Notes under the pieces: generated by a model
What the model saw: only the letters and a program-made list of their open reading frames with translations
Databases searched by the model: none
What the model was told of the DNA's origin: nothing
Assembly (NCBI RefSeq): GCF_001194135.2
Contig: NC_068981.1
Location: 76,130,454 to 76,184,292 of the forward strand
DNA: 53,839 bases
DNA from: Octopus bimaculoides
Lineage: Eukaryota
Direction: 5' to 3'
Shown here: positions 1-13,210 of the stretch, in pieces
How positions within the stretch are numbered: position 1 is the stretch's first letter
How the letters are laid out: the number at the start of each line of letters is the position of its first letter
Position numbers and translations under genes: made by a program

Positions 1-834
1 ATATATATATATATATATACGAATATATATATAAGAATACGCCTTGGGTTCGATTTATTGGACTAAAGGTGGTACTCTAGCATTGCCGCAATCAAATGAC
101 TGAAACAAGCAAAAGGAATATATATGCACACACATGCATATAAGTAAGTATACAATAGATAAGTGCGTGTGTAAGTGGGATATTAATTCATGTTTTATTA
201 CTATCCAGAGATGCGTTGCAAAAGTGTTTTGTTTGATGTGTGTAATGCGTGAATATCTAAATAGAAAAATATGCTCCGTCCCTGAGGTAGGAGCCTTTAT
301 CGACCTTATACGAAAATATATAACATTTCATTATTTATGTTAATCGAGAACGCTCGGTTCTTTTCATAAATAGCTAAACAATCATCAGATGTTTGAATGC
401 TTCAATTGTTTATATATAATTTGTATGTTTGTGAGTTCATTAATTTGTTTGCGTACAATAATACATAGTAACGAATAGATAATTTATGGAAATCTCTGTT
501 TAGACAAGCGATTATATGATTTTAATAACAAAATAATACTAATCAATATAATTAAATCTGACACATTATGTAAATATTGATGAAAGCTTGTCTTTATAAA
601 TAACATTTGAGAATATGCAATTCATATATGATCATAATTTTTATACTTATTTCTTTTAATTGTTTTATAATGGTAGATTGGATAGCACAAAGTAGCTTAA
701 CCAATACGAATGCTTCAAAATATTTAGTTGTGTTTGACAGTTACCAGTTCAAATCATACCGGGTTTATACTACAGTTCTTCACTATGATTAAAAAAAAAA
801 AAAACAAGGTAACCCTAATGTGCATTTATGTATA

Positions 835-1745
835 ACACTAAATGCCGAAATTAGGTACTGGATCAAACCCAAGTTTTCCACATGTAGATTATTATATATC
901 TGTCGCGTCTCCTCTCCAATGAGTAAAGTCATAAATTTGACAGACCTTGCCTGTAGCTCATTTGCTGCACTGTTACAATCTTTTTAATGCTGTACGTTTG
1001 CGCCACCCCTTCAAAGTCCGCTGTGAGTTTAGATTTATGTGACAACTTTTGAGCAGTAGTCAAGCCGGCGGTGAATAAAGGTCCTCCACAGGGTCAACAT
1101 CACATCTTCGTATTTTGCTTTGAAGGAACCTAGTAATCACCCACCCAGTTGTCTGCACTTTGCTACCATCTTTTTAATGTGTATATGAAATGAGACATAC
1201 TGATCACCAAGTCTCTTACTACCTATATTTGGGATAGCAGTGCCTTTGGATCCTCTATATACAGGCTACTGTGCATATGTGAGCTGATATTGCAGTGCTT
1301 AAATTTCCATGATTGATCTGCATGCTGTTTACTTCAGCCCATTTCTATATTGCATTCAGGTCACGTTGTAAGCTTGCGACACCATGTGGATTCTTTTTTA
1401 CCTATGATAATTTCGTATCATCGACGTAGCTAGTGATAGTGGCTGTCTAAGTAACCACGAGCATGTGTAATGGCCACAAGCTACATTGCTCTGATATAAA
1501 TAGTAATGACCCAAGGATAGTTTCCTGCGGGTACACTCAGAGAGCGTGCCATTGGCTGCAACTTCCTGAATTCTATCAGGATGTCACTCTTCTACTTTAC
1601 CAGCTATGCTAATGTCTCGTAGCTTCTGACATATGCAACGATGTACCTTATTAAAGGCCTTTATGATGTCAAGATATATCACATTAACATCTGAATGGTC
1701 AATCAGCTGTTTCAAAAGCTAATCATAGTGCTCATTTCTTAAGTA
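835..1745 (-). mobile_element. Degenerate CR1-like non-LTR retrotransposon, RT domain and C-terminal region
   Basis: Minus-strand translation with stops and frameshifts gives DVNVIYLDIIKAF (~1653-1691), ITSYVDDTK (~1410-1435), LQRDLNAI*KWAEVNSMQ, RLDYCS and YSLERRRDRYIIIYMWK (~875-925), in the order typical of CR1-group RTs. Confidence 0.85.
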
Positions 1746-1927
1746 ATGAAACTGTTATTCAGATGTCATAGTGTGGTTTATACATTTATGTTTATGAGTG
1801 TATATATATGTATATATATATATATATATNNNNNNNNNNNNNNNNNNNNNNNNNNNNNNNNNNNNNNNNNNNNNNNNNNNNNNNNNNNNNNNNNNNNNNN
1901 NNNNNNNNNNNNNNNNNNNTATAGTGG

Positions 1928-1966
<39 letters not shown>

Positions 1967-2179
1967 GGTGTGTGGGTGTATGTGTGTGTGTGTGTGTGTG
2001 TGTTACACGCAACTGAGTGGTTAAACATTTATCAATTGTTTCAAAATTTTCATGGTTTGAATTTTTGTTGTGTTGAGTCATGCGTTTTTCGTAATGTTTC
2101 CTTTTATTACAAATATTTTGTTGGAAATTTGGAATATTGCACTGGCAACCCTTTAGGTCATTTCATGCCAGAATAGTCT

Positions 2180-2840
2180 CCGCCATTGAACCGATCTAAA
2201 GTTTTGAAACTTAGGCAACAGCTTACTCAACATCATTCAGTTCCGCTTCAACTCTACCAATTCTTAAATACTAGAAAATCGCCTTCTTACATAGTAGCTT
2301 CACTGACTAGGCGAAGCCCATTTCTTAAGTATTCAAACACCAGATAGCGTTTTATTTACCGGCTGAAATTATTTTTGCTAAGTACAAACGTAATACGAAA
2401 AGAAACCACAGAAATTTCCTGAGTCATCTAGTGATCAGGAAAACTTGCTAGAAGTTGCTGATGTACGTCTCAGCTAATTTCTGTGGACGTAGTAATTTTA
2501 CTTACTCACATTTTCTCACTGGCATAAAATACAACAACTGGGGCAACTTTGCAAATTCTTGTCGAATTATTCTTGTTTGCAACATGTGCAACTTGTAGAG
2601 AAGGAAATTATTTTCGTTATGAAAGATTCCTTCGCTTCCAAGTTGACTTTTGCAGAATCAATTGAAATATCACCATTCAACCATATTTTCATTACCAAGA
2701 GCGTTCTTGAATATATTAACATCTTTTCAAATCACACGGGCGATCAGTTCATGAATTTATTGAAGCTTCTGCAGCAATCTCCAAATTTAAGTATCACGTT
2801 GAGAAAACTAATCAGCCCATTAAATTTCAACTGAACATTT
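2180..2840 (+). mobile_element. Possible highly decayed hAT (SPIN/GTF2IRD2-like) transposase relic
   Basis: Frameshifted + strand pieces SYIVAS..RRSPF, AEIIFAKYK, SQLISVDV and FSLA occur in the order expected for this family. The similarity is weak and judged by eye only. Confidence 0.35.
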
Positions 2841-2989
2841 CACTCTACTTTTCAGTGAAATTTGTTTAATCTTTTTCTATGATAAAGCCCCCACCACTAA
2901 AAAAAAACAAAAAAAACAACAAAAGAGAAACGAGTGAACGACAAATCTTCACATCTACATCGCATACATAACTTTTCTACATATAAAGA

Positions 2990-3149
2990 TTCTTTTCTAC
3001 TCTAGGCACAAGGCCCGAAATTTGGTGGGAGAGGGCCAGCCGATTAGATCGATCTCAGTACGCAACTGGTACATACTTTGGATAAAAGTCAAAATCTACC
3101 TCGGCGGAATATGAAATTCTTTTCTACTCTAGGCACAAGGCCCGAAATG
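2990..3149 (-). mobile_element. SINE-like dispersed repeat (family B), 3' part, with a local repeat of its terminal ~33 nt
   Basis: ttcttttctactctaggcacaaggcccgaaa occurs twice (2990 and 3117). The internal part (gattagatcg..cagtacgcaactggt..acctcggcggaa) matches the copy at 27368-27563. Confidence 0.75.
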
Positions 3150-3983
3150 NNNNNNNNNNNNNNNNNNNNNNNNNNNNNNNNNNNNNNNNNNNNNNNNNNN
3201 NNNNNNNNNNNNNNNNNNNNNNNNNNNNNNNNNNNNNNNNNNNNNNNNNNNNNNNNNNNNNNNNNNNNNNNNNNNNNNNNNNNNNNNNNNNNNNNNNNNN
3301 NNNNNNNNNNNNNNNNNNNNNNNNNNNNNNNNNNNNNNNNNNNNNNNNNNNNNNNNNNNNNNNNNNNNNNNNNNNNNNNNNNNNNNNNNNNNNNNNNNNN
3401 NNNNNNNNNNNNNNNNNNNNNNNNNNNNNNNNNNNNNNNNNNNNNNNNNNNNNNNNNNNNNNNNNNNNNNNNNNNNNNNNNNNNNNNNNNNNNNNNNNNN
3501 NNNNNNNNNNNNNNNNNNNNNNNNNNNNNNNNNNNNNNNNNNNNNNNNNNNNNNNNNNNNNNNNNNNNNNNNNNNNNNNNNNNNNNNNNNNNNNNNNNNN
3601 NNNNNNNNNNNNNNNNNNNNNNNNNNNNNNNNNNNNNNNNNNNNNNNNNNNNNNNNNNNNNNNNNNNNNNNNNNNNNNNNNNNNNNNNNNNNNNNNNNNN
3701 NNNNNNNNNNNNNNNNNNNNNNNNNNNNNNNNNNNNNNNNNNNNNNNNNNNNNNNNNNNNNNNNNNNNNNNNNNNNNNNNNNNNNNNNNNNNNNNNNNNN
3801 NNNNNNNNNNNNNNNNNNNNNNNNNNNNNNNNNNNNNNNNNNNNNNNNNNNNNNNNNNNNNNNNNNNNNNNNNNNNNNNNNNNNNNNNNNNNNNNNNNNN
3901 NNNNNNNNNNNNNNNNNNNNNNNNNNNNNNNNNNNNNNNNNNNNNNNNNNNNNNNNNNNNNNNNNNNNNNNNNNNNNNNNNNN

Positions 3984-4026
<43 letters not shown>

Positions 4027-4479
4027 TGTGTGTATGTCATGAATATAAATGCAAATAAATATAACATTTTAGTGTGCGAGTTCCTTTGTCTTATACATTG
4101 CCTATCAGATTGGATGGTGATCAGAGCGCTTCATTTCTGCTCCCCGAAGAGTGTAGTTAATTTTGGATGCCTTGCTTAAGATACAACCAGACACCTGTCT
4201 TGTTCACCTGTCTTGCAAGTGAAGTATATGTCATCCTACATCCGATGCTTTTACACCATTTCTATCGACCACTATTCCTATGTAAGGAAATGCTAATTAA
4301 ATTAGTTTAAGATGCTTGAGAATATTAAAAGGTCAATAACATTTTGTTGCTATTATTATTTATTATCGGGACTGCGAACCAAGCCAAAGGAGCAGTATGC
4401 TCCGGTCTATATTGAGTTTGTGTGTGCTTATGTATGTATGTATGTATGTATGTATGTATGTATGTATGTATGCATGTGT

Positions 4480-5087
4480 GGAGGCGCAATGGCCTAATGG
4501 TTAGGGCAGCGGACTCGTGGTCGTAGGATCGTGATTTCGATTCCCAGACCGGGCGTTGTGAGTGTTTATTGAGCGAAAACACCTCATGCTCCACGAGGAT
4601 CTGGCAGGGGCTGTTGGCGAACCCTGATGTACTCTTTCGCCACAACTTTCTCTNNNNNNNNNNNNNNNNNNNNNNNNNNNNNNNNNNNNNNNNNNNNNNN
4701 NNNNNNNNNNNNNNNNNNNNNNNGCGGACACGTGGTCGTAGGATCGTGATTTCGATTCCCAGACCGGGCGTTGTGAGTGTTTATTGAGCGAAAACACCTC
4801 ATGCTCCACGAGGATCTGGCAGGGGCTGTTGGCGAACCCTGATGTACTCTTTCGCCACAACTTTCTCTGACTCTTACTTCCTGTTTCTGTTGTGCCTGTA
4901 ATTCAAAGGGTCAGCCTTGTCACACTGTGTCACGCTGAATATCCCCTAGAACTACATTAAAGGTACACGTGTCTGTGGAGTGCTCAGTCACTTGCACGTT
5001 AATTTCACGAGCAGGCTGTTCCGTTTATCGGATCAACTGGAACCCTCGACGTCGCAAGCGACGGAGTGTCAACAACCAACAACAAAA
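4480..5087 (+). mobile_element. tRNA-derived SINE (family A), head duplicated across a gap
   Basis: tRNA-like head ggaggcgcaatggcctaatggttagggcagcggactc...tttcgattcccagaccgggcg with an A box (TGGCCTAATGG) and a B-box-like TTTCGATTCC. Has a CAA-rich tail and is flanked on both sides by (TATG)n. Confidence 0.8.
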
Positions 5088-5106
5088 TATATGTATGTAT
5101 GCATGC

Positions 5107-5139
<33 letters not shown>

Positions 5140-5954
5140 TGTATGTATGTATGTGTATGTATGCATGTATGTATGTATGTATACATGCTTTGCTTATTGC
5201 TTTCTAGCGATACCTTCATGAGTTATATATAACTGCAATATATATTGCTGCAGCATATCAAGACACTCATCTTTTGTAACACAAACTTTTTTTCTAATTA
5301 GTCGCTAGACATTATATTCTAATCAGGTTGAAGAAACTTTCAAGAATATGACATCTTTAACATGTAAACGTTTCTGTTGCTGCGAACCACAAATATAGGC
5401 ATTAATTAGATTGCTTGAATAATCTAAAGATGGCTGTGGCATAGAAACAGTTACATATTAGATTAAACGGTAGTAATGCAGATATAGGATCATTACATTT
5501 CGTGAATTCTATTACTGTAGCTATAGTGATTGTTCATAAGCTAGTTGATGCTATACGGTGTCTACAAACCAAAATATGTAACGGAAAATTGACCTCACAA
5601 ATAAGAAATGAACAGGAAAATATGTCAATAAACATCATATAGTCGAATAATTCTCAGATCGTATGACGTCAAAATAGCAGTATACTTGGAAGAAAACGAC
5701 AGGCATGTACCCGTAGAGACCCGCATGTGAATGTAATTTATGTATACACGCACAAATGCATAATCAAAACATNNNNNNNNNNNNNNNNNNNNNNNNNNNN
5801 NNNNNNNNNNNNNNNNNNNNNNNNNNNNNNNNNNNNNNNNNNNNNNNNNNNNNNNNNNNNNNNNNNNNNNNNNNNNNNNNNNNNNNNNNNNNNNNNNNNN
5901 NNNNNNNNNNNNNNNNNNNNNNNNNNNNNNTATATATATATGCGCTTGTGAAGG

Positions 5955-6333
5955 TACGAGGTGCGTTAAAAGAGTATCCAATTTTAATTTTCCCACCAAA
6001 AGTAATGCTGCGTGGGAAAAATCATTTGGAAAAAAAGCGACGCCACTCTTCCTGACTATGCGCGAAAATTTTCTCTCCGGTAGACAGCATTAGTTCTCGG
6101 CTGTTACACATGGAGTACAGGCATGTAGTTTGCTTTTGTCGGAATTTCGTTTTCATTGAACGCATCAAGTAGAGATATAAAGTTTTGTCAAACATTTTGG
6201 CGATACTCAAGCTCAAACCACCCAGAAGATTTAGCAGGTCTTTGCCGATGATACCATGGGCAAAATTCAGGTCAAGTGGTACAACCGCTTCAAGCATGGA
6301 CGCATATCAGTTGAAAGAGAGAAAGAGAGAGAT

Positions 6334-6415
<82 letters not shown>

Positions 6416-6927
6416 TTAGGCTTAGGCAAGTCATCTGCAAGCCATAACGAGCAAACAATTGAGAAGGTCCGGCAAATAGTGATGGAAGACGGTTGTGTAA
6501 CAACCCAGGAAATCGCTCACGAAATGGGAATAAGTACAAGATCAGTGCCTTCCATTTTAACGAACAATTTGTGCATACGGAGAGTGCCGGCGAAATTCTT
6601 TCTCAATGTGCTGTCGAAGTAGCAGCAGCAACTGCGTTTGGACGTTTCTTAGGACATGCTGGACTGTACAACCCATGGCCCAGTTTTCATGAAGAGCATG
6701 ACCCCTGCTGATGAGACATGAGTATGTTCTTTGCTCGATGCCTTCGATAAATCTGTGTGAAGACGAAAATCCCACGGACGTGCACAACGCGTCTGTACTC
6801 AAGACATAGCAACCGGGAACTGACGCGGCCTACTGGCGTGAAAGATTTCACGCTAAGGATTTTACCCACGCGGCACTAGTTTTGGTGGGAATAGATAAAT
6901 TCGGATACATTTTCAACGGAATTCGTA
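5955..6927 (+). mobile_element. Internally deleted mariner (Tc1/mariner) transposon with degenerate TIRs
   Basis: Ends tacgaggtgcgttaaaagagtatcc (5955) and the reverse complement tacgaattccgttgaaaatgtatcc (6927) have TA termini. Relic transposase reads KWYNRFKHGRISVE..IEKVRQIVMED..EIAHEMGIS..RRVPAKF..ADET*. An (AG)n tract interrupts it at ~6316-6412. Confidence 0.85.
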
Positions 6928-7329
6928 TGTGGAAGCTTCACAAATGCCATAATCCTGTATTATAGTCACATGCAAAGATACATATGTACGCAAAAATGTT
7001 TTCTGAGAATCCACTAAGAAGCACAAATACAAATGAAAATACATTCACACATAGATAACCACATATTTAGATGCCTAAGAATAAACCCACACTCGGATCT
7101 GTATAAACATTCAGTCTAATAAAAGCTTTTTGAATAAAACTGACATTTCTGAAGTATCAAAAAAGTAGCTATCTTTTAAGCATCACATATTAAGTTTTCA
7201 GTCATGCACTCTATTAATATCAGAAGTGTTGATTTAAAATAGTATACGAAGCATAATTGTGTCGCTGTGCTCAGCTAATTGACAAACAGTTTCCGAATAT
7301 TTTTAGACAAAATGTTTTACCGTTATGCT

Positions 7330-7331
<2 letters not shown>

Positions 7332-7416
<85 letters not shown>

Positions 7417-7435
7417 GCACACACATATATATATT
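7332..7435. repeat. (CA)n microsatellite, representative of many (CA/TG)n, (TA)n and (TATG)n tracts in the window
   Basis: Direct reading. Similar tracts lie at ~1930-2000, 4430-4475, 5090-5180, 10260-10360, 16912-17060, 20750-21090, 37979-38100, 42717-42785, 43305-43490 and 44850-44947. Confidence 0.97.
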
Positions 7436-8694
7436 ATTTTGGTTCCTATTCACAACTATTGTTTGAATACTATTTTATTATGTGTACGCATATATCTGAA
7501 TGTGTAGATTACTGAGTAAGAAAAAGGAGGACAAAAAAACTGAATTTCTTTGTGTTTTTTTTTTTTTATGTAGAACACGTTTTCTTTTTCTTATCCTTTT
7601 ATCCTTCTTTAATAAGATCGCAGGCAATATATAGACGAATAATAATAAGAATTAATATTCGTAATAGAAATGAAATAAAACCTATATAAGAAAATCTTTC
7701 ACAGAGAGGAACAATACTTCTATGCAAAGCAAATCCTATAATAACAACAAAAAACAGCAATATTAAATAAGTGCATAGAAATAAATAATAGAATGTTGTC
7801 ATTATTTTTCTTCAAAAAATGTTTGCAAGAATTCCTTTCAGCAAGTCTTCGTTGTGCGATAAATCTGTGTTTATATTTGGCAGTTATTATTTATAAGTGT
7901 AAATATAAAAATAACAAATATATCGTATCAAACTGAAACGAAGCGTTATCTCAATCATCATAGATGTTTATGAATATTCTGTTAGTTTCAAAGCACTGAG
8001 GCAACTTTAAATTAGTTTGTCACACACACACACACAAATGTTGATCGGTTTAGCGCCAGTGACTGCTTTTCAATTCAGCGACAGCAGTAGATTATAAAAC
8101 CGTAAATAATAGTTATATCTGTAGTGAAGGTGAACTATTTGATATGGACTGTTGTTCTAGTTGTGTTTCTATTTTTTTCTTTTCCCTTATTCACTTACCA
8201 AAACCTGTAGATGTGAGTAGGATGCTTTCTTTATGATCATGAATAACGTAGTTGATAACCTGGATGAGTTGCCATAAAATATCGATCTCCGAAATACTAG
8301 ACTGTTTTGTCACTCTCTTAGAGTTATATGATTGTCTTCTTGGGTTATCCACCAAATCCTCACGTCATTCCATATCTATCTACTCTGAGAGTTTCAGAAA
8401 TATGTGTCGTACTTTTTTCCTATTGACGACCAAATCATTATTTTTGGTATCTGCAATGCTAGGGTAGGTCTTGTTTGCAATATTTCTTCTCGTCTAGATT
8501 AGGAGCGCTTTGATACTTTTGAATGAATAGTAGTGGCTTTTACTTGTAGCAAGTATGCTTTGAACTGGGCTTTGTAACAAGTAACGTTTTGCGTCCCACT
8601 GATGCAATCATTTTGATATAGGGGACGTAAAACCCTTCGTCTTTCTATTTACACATATCTATACAGATAAACGCACACACTCTCCACCACCACC

Positions 8695-8728
<34 letters not shown>

Positions 8729-9795
8729 CGCTCTCTTGCTCACACATACAGGCATACATACACACATACATATATCTTCATTAGTAGATACACGAAACAG
8801 TTATGTATGCATGTATGTATGTATGTATGTATGTATGTTTCATGCACGATATAGAGGTACGTCTGATAAGTGTGAGGTTTCGATGATATTTTTTTGGAGG
8901 TTTCATATCGAAATTACGGTTCCTTGCTGCATGCATTTTAATGCATGAACATTTTCAGTTGTGTTTCGTTAACATGATGCAATATCAACTTCCACTGCCT
9001 CTCCAAAAATGCTGCTCATTAGTTTTACGACAACTTCTGACACAATTCATCTTTAAGCTGCAATCACACAGTGATTACAGCTATCAATTTAGAAAAAATT
9101 TAGAAAAATATTTCAAATATTTATATAAGACTTTTCTTTTTTAATGATTTTTTTTCAAATTTCATCCACAACTAATTTCATTATCATTGTTTTTCTATTT
9201 CAATAGTATTTCATCTCCTAATCGTTCCATCATTTCTTTTACTTCCATTAAATGTTTGTTAGACTCTAATTCAATAATTTCTTTATAATATATATATATA
9301 TGTATACTTTAGCAACAAAACCTGAAATTTAAGGAGAGGAGTGTTCGTTAAAATCAATTATAGTAGCTGACTGATAGTTTATCTTAATAACCCCAGGGAG
9401 ATGGAAGGAAAATTTGGCTTCGGTGTCAATAAAACTCAGAACGTAAAAACGGAAACGTATCCCGTAAAGTAATCGACAAGTTACGTCAGTAACTCATGGT
9501 CTAAAGTTTGACTTGATATATCAAACACATGAAAACTTTAATATTTCTATTGCGTAAATTTATGATGAGTAATTGTATAATACAAACGCAAATATAGCCA
9601 TCGTTAATATGCTTTGCAGCGAAGTACTAGACATCTATTACTATAGCCAATATAACAAATGCTTAGTGATCTAATTCGTTACAACTGTATCTCCACGTCT
9701 TCCATCAGTATTTTATGATTTAGGATTTTTTTTTATTTTACTTTGAAAGATGGCTTTCATATTTTGTTTACATATTAGATAAAATACATATTGAC

Positions 9796-10022
9796 TATTA
9801 ATCTGCACATCCGACGTAACTTGAATGTGTGGTTTTCAACGTCGTAAACTGCGGTGTTCATCCTGAGAAATCATAACGTGCGCAAGTTGAGTAAATTTTG
9901 TTTTGCCGATATATGTGCTTTCTAGCGCTCAACGACTATACGAGAAGATTAGTTAGAACGATTACTGCAGCTAAAGGCGTTTAATTAGCACATCCAAGTT
10001 ACGTTGGATGTGCAAATTAATA
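9796..10022. mobile_element. 227-bp MITE-like element with 34-bp TIRs that each contain an internal hairpin
   Basis: Left 9796-9829 tattaatctgcacatccgacgtaacttgaatgtg versus the reverse complement of 9989-10022 tattaatttgcacatccaacgtaacttggatgtg gives 31/34 identity. Weaker inverted similarity continues to ~60 bp. No ORF. Confidence 0.75.
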
Positions 10023-10258
10023 TTCGTTGAAAAGAGGCTACTTTCGATGCAAATAGCTATTATACAATATATTAACTTGTATAATTTTCAACACAGTTGT
10101 GGATAACCAACTTTCACAAATTTTATTTCTATGTTGCACATACGACAGAAATACAGCCGTTCAAATATTTAGAGAGAAAACTTATTAGTATATTACTTAA
10201 CTTCACCCTATTTCTTTTCCTCTCCATTCCTTCCCACTCTCTCCCTTTCTCTACCCCG

Positions 10259-10300
<42 letters not shown>

Positions 10301-10307
10301 ATGGGTG

Positions 10308-10338
<31 letters not shown>

Positions 10339-11595
10339 ATCTGTGTGTGTGTGTGTGTGTGTATTGAAAACGTACAAAGAAATAATGCTCATGAGTCATA
10401 GTTTCGTTCCAAGCTGAACACCCTACCCTCATCAAATATACACATTATAACCTTAACTGCTTACCGTAGGTATTGACAGCCGTTTATAATGAACATCGTT
10501 TGCAGGATTATCATCATCGTCATTGAACTATGTTATATTATCCACTCAGTGTCTTCTTATAAAAGAAGTCCTTTTTGTTTTACGACGAACCAGGTCTGAT
10601 CACGTAAATATTTTTGTGAATATACGTACAAAATCCCAATCATCCCCACAGATTTCTCCTAATATTTTGATATATGTTGGATATTACGTATACTATGGAA
10701 GTGCTGCGCCAGACGAATTTCAATTTACCATGTGGTTCACACATAACATGTGGCAGAAGGGAAGCGTGGTATACCATACTGTGCGCCGAATATCGAATGA
10801 AAATGTCTCAAGTAATGTCAATTTAAGTCATTTTGGTCGCCATCAGCCACGTTTAGTTATTTTGCCACTGTCTTTTTCTATGAGCTGGGGTGAAATACTT
10901 GTGTGAGTGTCGTATGCTAGGCAAGTGTTGGGTGCTAGGTGATAATTGGTGACTGACATTTTCCCCCATAAACCAAAACCGTCGCTATATAGTGGCAAAT
11001 CTTCAACTCACATGTTTTTCTATTGCATCATGTGAGATTTGATGGTACCGCTTTCGTTCAGAAAAGAGTGTAATGGTTGGAATTGCGATTTGTCTAGGTC
11101 GGATTGATCGGAGCTAAATTGGGTTTAAAACCAACAACTGTAAAGAGCAGCCGGAGGAAGCAGTTAACAGACACTATGCTGATCGATATTGCAATAGGTG
11201 TTATATGAATAAAAAGAAATTATTCATTTTGAGTTTAGCTATTTTTGCTTAACACTAGACCATCCTTCGATAAACATGTCCTATAAGCATTAGACCAAAT
11301 GAATATTACAAGAAAATTGATGGTTTAATGAGAATATTATGACTTTCGTAAGAATATTATTAGGCTGTTTGTGTTCGAATTTCTTATGTCCACTTCTTTT
11401 GGTTATGGCTATCTTAACTATAGTTTGGCATTTATTGTTTCCATGTGCGTAGGTTGAGGTAATTTTTCTTGTGTCATATATTGTGTCCATGTGCATAGGT
11501 AATTTTTCTTGTTGCTTTTTCTTTACATCTGTGGACAAGAACACTGTGATTTTAATGAGACAATAATAAACATATTTCCATATATTTGTTAGGTA

Positions 11596-11757
11596 GTCTT
11601 CTTCTTCTTCTTCTTCTTCTTCTTCTTCTTCTTCTTCTTCTTCTTCTTCTTCTTCTTCTTCTTCTTCTTCTTCTTCTTCTTCTTCTTCTTTTTCTTCTTC
11701 TTCTTCTTCTTCTCCTCCTCCTCCAACTCCTCCACCTCCTCCACCTCCTCCTCCTTT
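11596..11757. repeat. (CTT)n/(CTC)n microsatellite
   Basis: Direct reading. Source of the poly-L, poly-K and poly-R ORFs. Confidence 0.97.
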
Positions 11758-12034
11758 TTTCCCTTATCGCCATCCTCATCACTATGATTACTGGAGGGAA
11801 TAGTTGGGCAGCGGTTTGGTGAATCGATCATAATCTACAGGTCTATAAATAGATTCAGCAGATGGTGGAGAGCTCAGCCATAGAGACAAAAGAATATTCG
11901 CACCCTTTGGGTCAGCCGAGGTCAAATTTGATTACTATACCAGTGGCCTTGAAAAGAAGCAATTCAGACTGTTCTATCAGTAATTACTGGTAGAAAAAAC
12001 AACAATAATAGTAATAATAATGATAATAATAATA

Positions 12035-12419
12035 CCCAGCAATGGCTGAGAAGGATTTTTAATTGCTGCACAAGACCAAAGCCTCCCCACCAGAAATTAC
12101 CAAAAACACATAATGAAAAGAAATATAACAAGTAACTGTAGAATATGTGGAGATCGACAAGAAACAATAAATCATATTATCTCTGGCTGCCCAGTCCTGG
12201 CTAAGAAGGAATATATTCACAGACACGACAGAGCTGGGACCTATATACACTGGAAGCTATGCCAACATTATGGAATAACAACAGAAAAAAGATGGTATAA
12301 ACACACGCCAGAAAAGGTCACAGAAAACGAGAAAGCAACCATACTCTGGGATATGCCAATACACACAGATAGAGAAATTAAGGCAAAGAGACCAGATATA
12401 GTTGTCAAAGATCATGAAG
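12035..12419 (+). mobile_element. R4/Dong-type (restriction-like endonuclease) LINE, young 3' ORF fragment running into a gap
   Basis: Open frame from 12050: EGFLIAAQDQSLPTRNY..CRICGDRQETINHIISGC (CCHC knuckle)..RHD..WYKHTPEKV..ILWDMPIHTDREIKAKRPDIVV (PD endonuclease motif). Preceded by (AAT)n. Confidence 0.92.
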
Positions 12420-13210
12420 NNNNNNNNNNNNNNNNNNNNNNNNNNNNNNNNNNNNNNNNNNNNNNNNNNNNNNNNNNNNNNNNNNNNNNNNNNNNNNNNN
12501 NNNNNNNNNNNNNNNNNNNNNNNNNNNNNNNNNNNNNNNNNNNNNNNNNNNNNNNNNNNNNNNNNNNNNNNNNNNNNNNNNNNNNNNNNNNNNNNNNNNN
12601 NNNNNNNNNNNNNNNNNNNNNNNNNNNNNNNNNNNNNNNNNNNNNNNNNNNNNNNNNNNNNNNNNNNNNNNNNNNNNNNNNNNNNNNNNNNNNNNNNNNN
12701 NNNNNNNNNNNNNNNNNNNNNNNNNNNNNNNNNNNNNNNNNNNNNNNNNNNNNNNNNNNNNNNNNNNNNNNNNNNNNNNNNNNNNNNNNNNNNNNNNNNN
12801 NNNNNNNNNNNNNNNNNNNNNNNNNNNNNNNNNNNNNNNNNNNNNNNNNNNNNNNNNNNNNNNNNNNNNNNNNNNNNNNNNNNNNNNNNNNNNNNNNNNN
12901 NNNNNNNNNNNNNNNNNNNNNNNNNNNNNNNNNNNNNNNNNNNNNNNNNNNNNNNNNNNNNNNNNNNNNNNNNNNNNNNNNNNNNNNNNNNNNNNNNNNN
13001 NNNNNNNNNNNNNNNNNNNNNNNNNNNNNNNNNNNNNNNNNNNNNNNNNNNNNNNNNNNNNNNNNNNNNNNNNNNNNNNNNNNNNNNNNNNNNNNNNNNN
13101 NNNNNNNNNNNNNNNNNNNNNNNNNNNNNNNNNNNNNNNNNNNNNNNNNNNNNNNNNNNNNNNNNNNNNNNNNNNNNNNNNNNNNNNNNNNNNNNNNNNN
13201 NNNNNNNNNT

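Noticed and set aside
4480-4556. tRNA gene
   Set aside because: A and B boxes are present, but there is no proper cloverleaf and the sequence continues into a SINE body. It is a tRNA-derived SINE head.
8230-8640. Possible decayed transposase-like sequence
   Set aside because: No family-diagnostic motif could be identified by eye.
10465-10523. Minus-strand signal-peptide-like first exon (MTMMIILQTMFIINGCQYL) with donor CG|gtaagc
   Set aside because: Short and of low complexity, with no downstream exon identified. It can be expected by chance.
10523-10906. 127-aa plus-strand ORF
   Set aside because: No recognisable domain or splice-phase link to the PAN exons.
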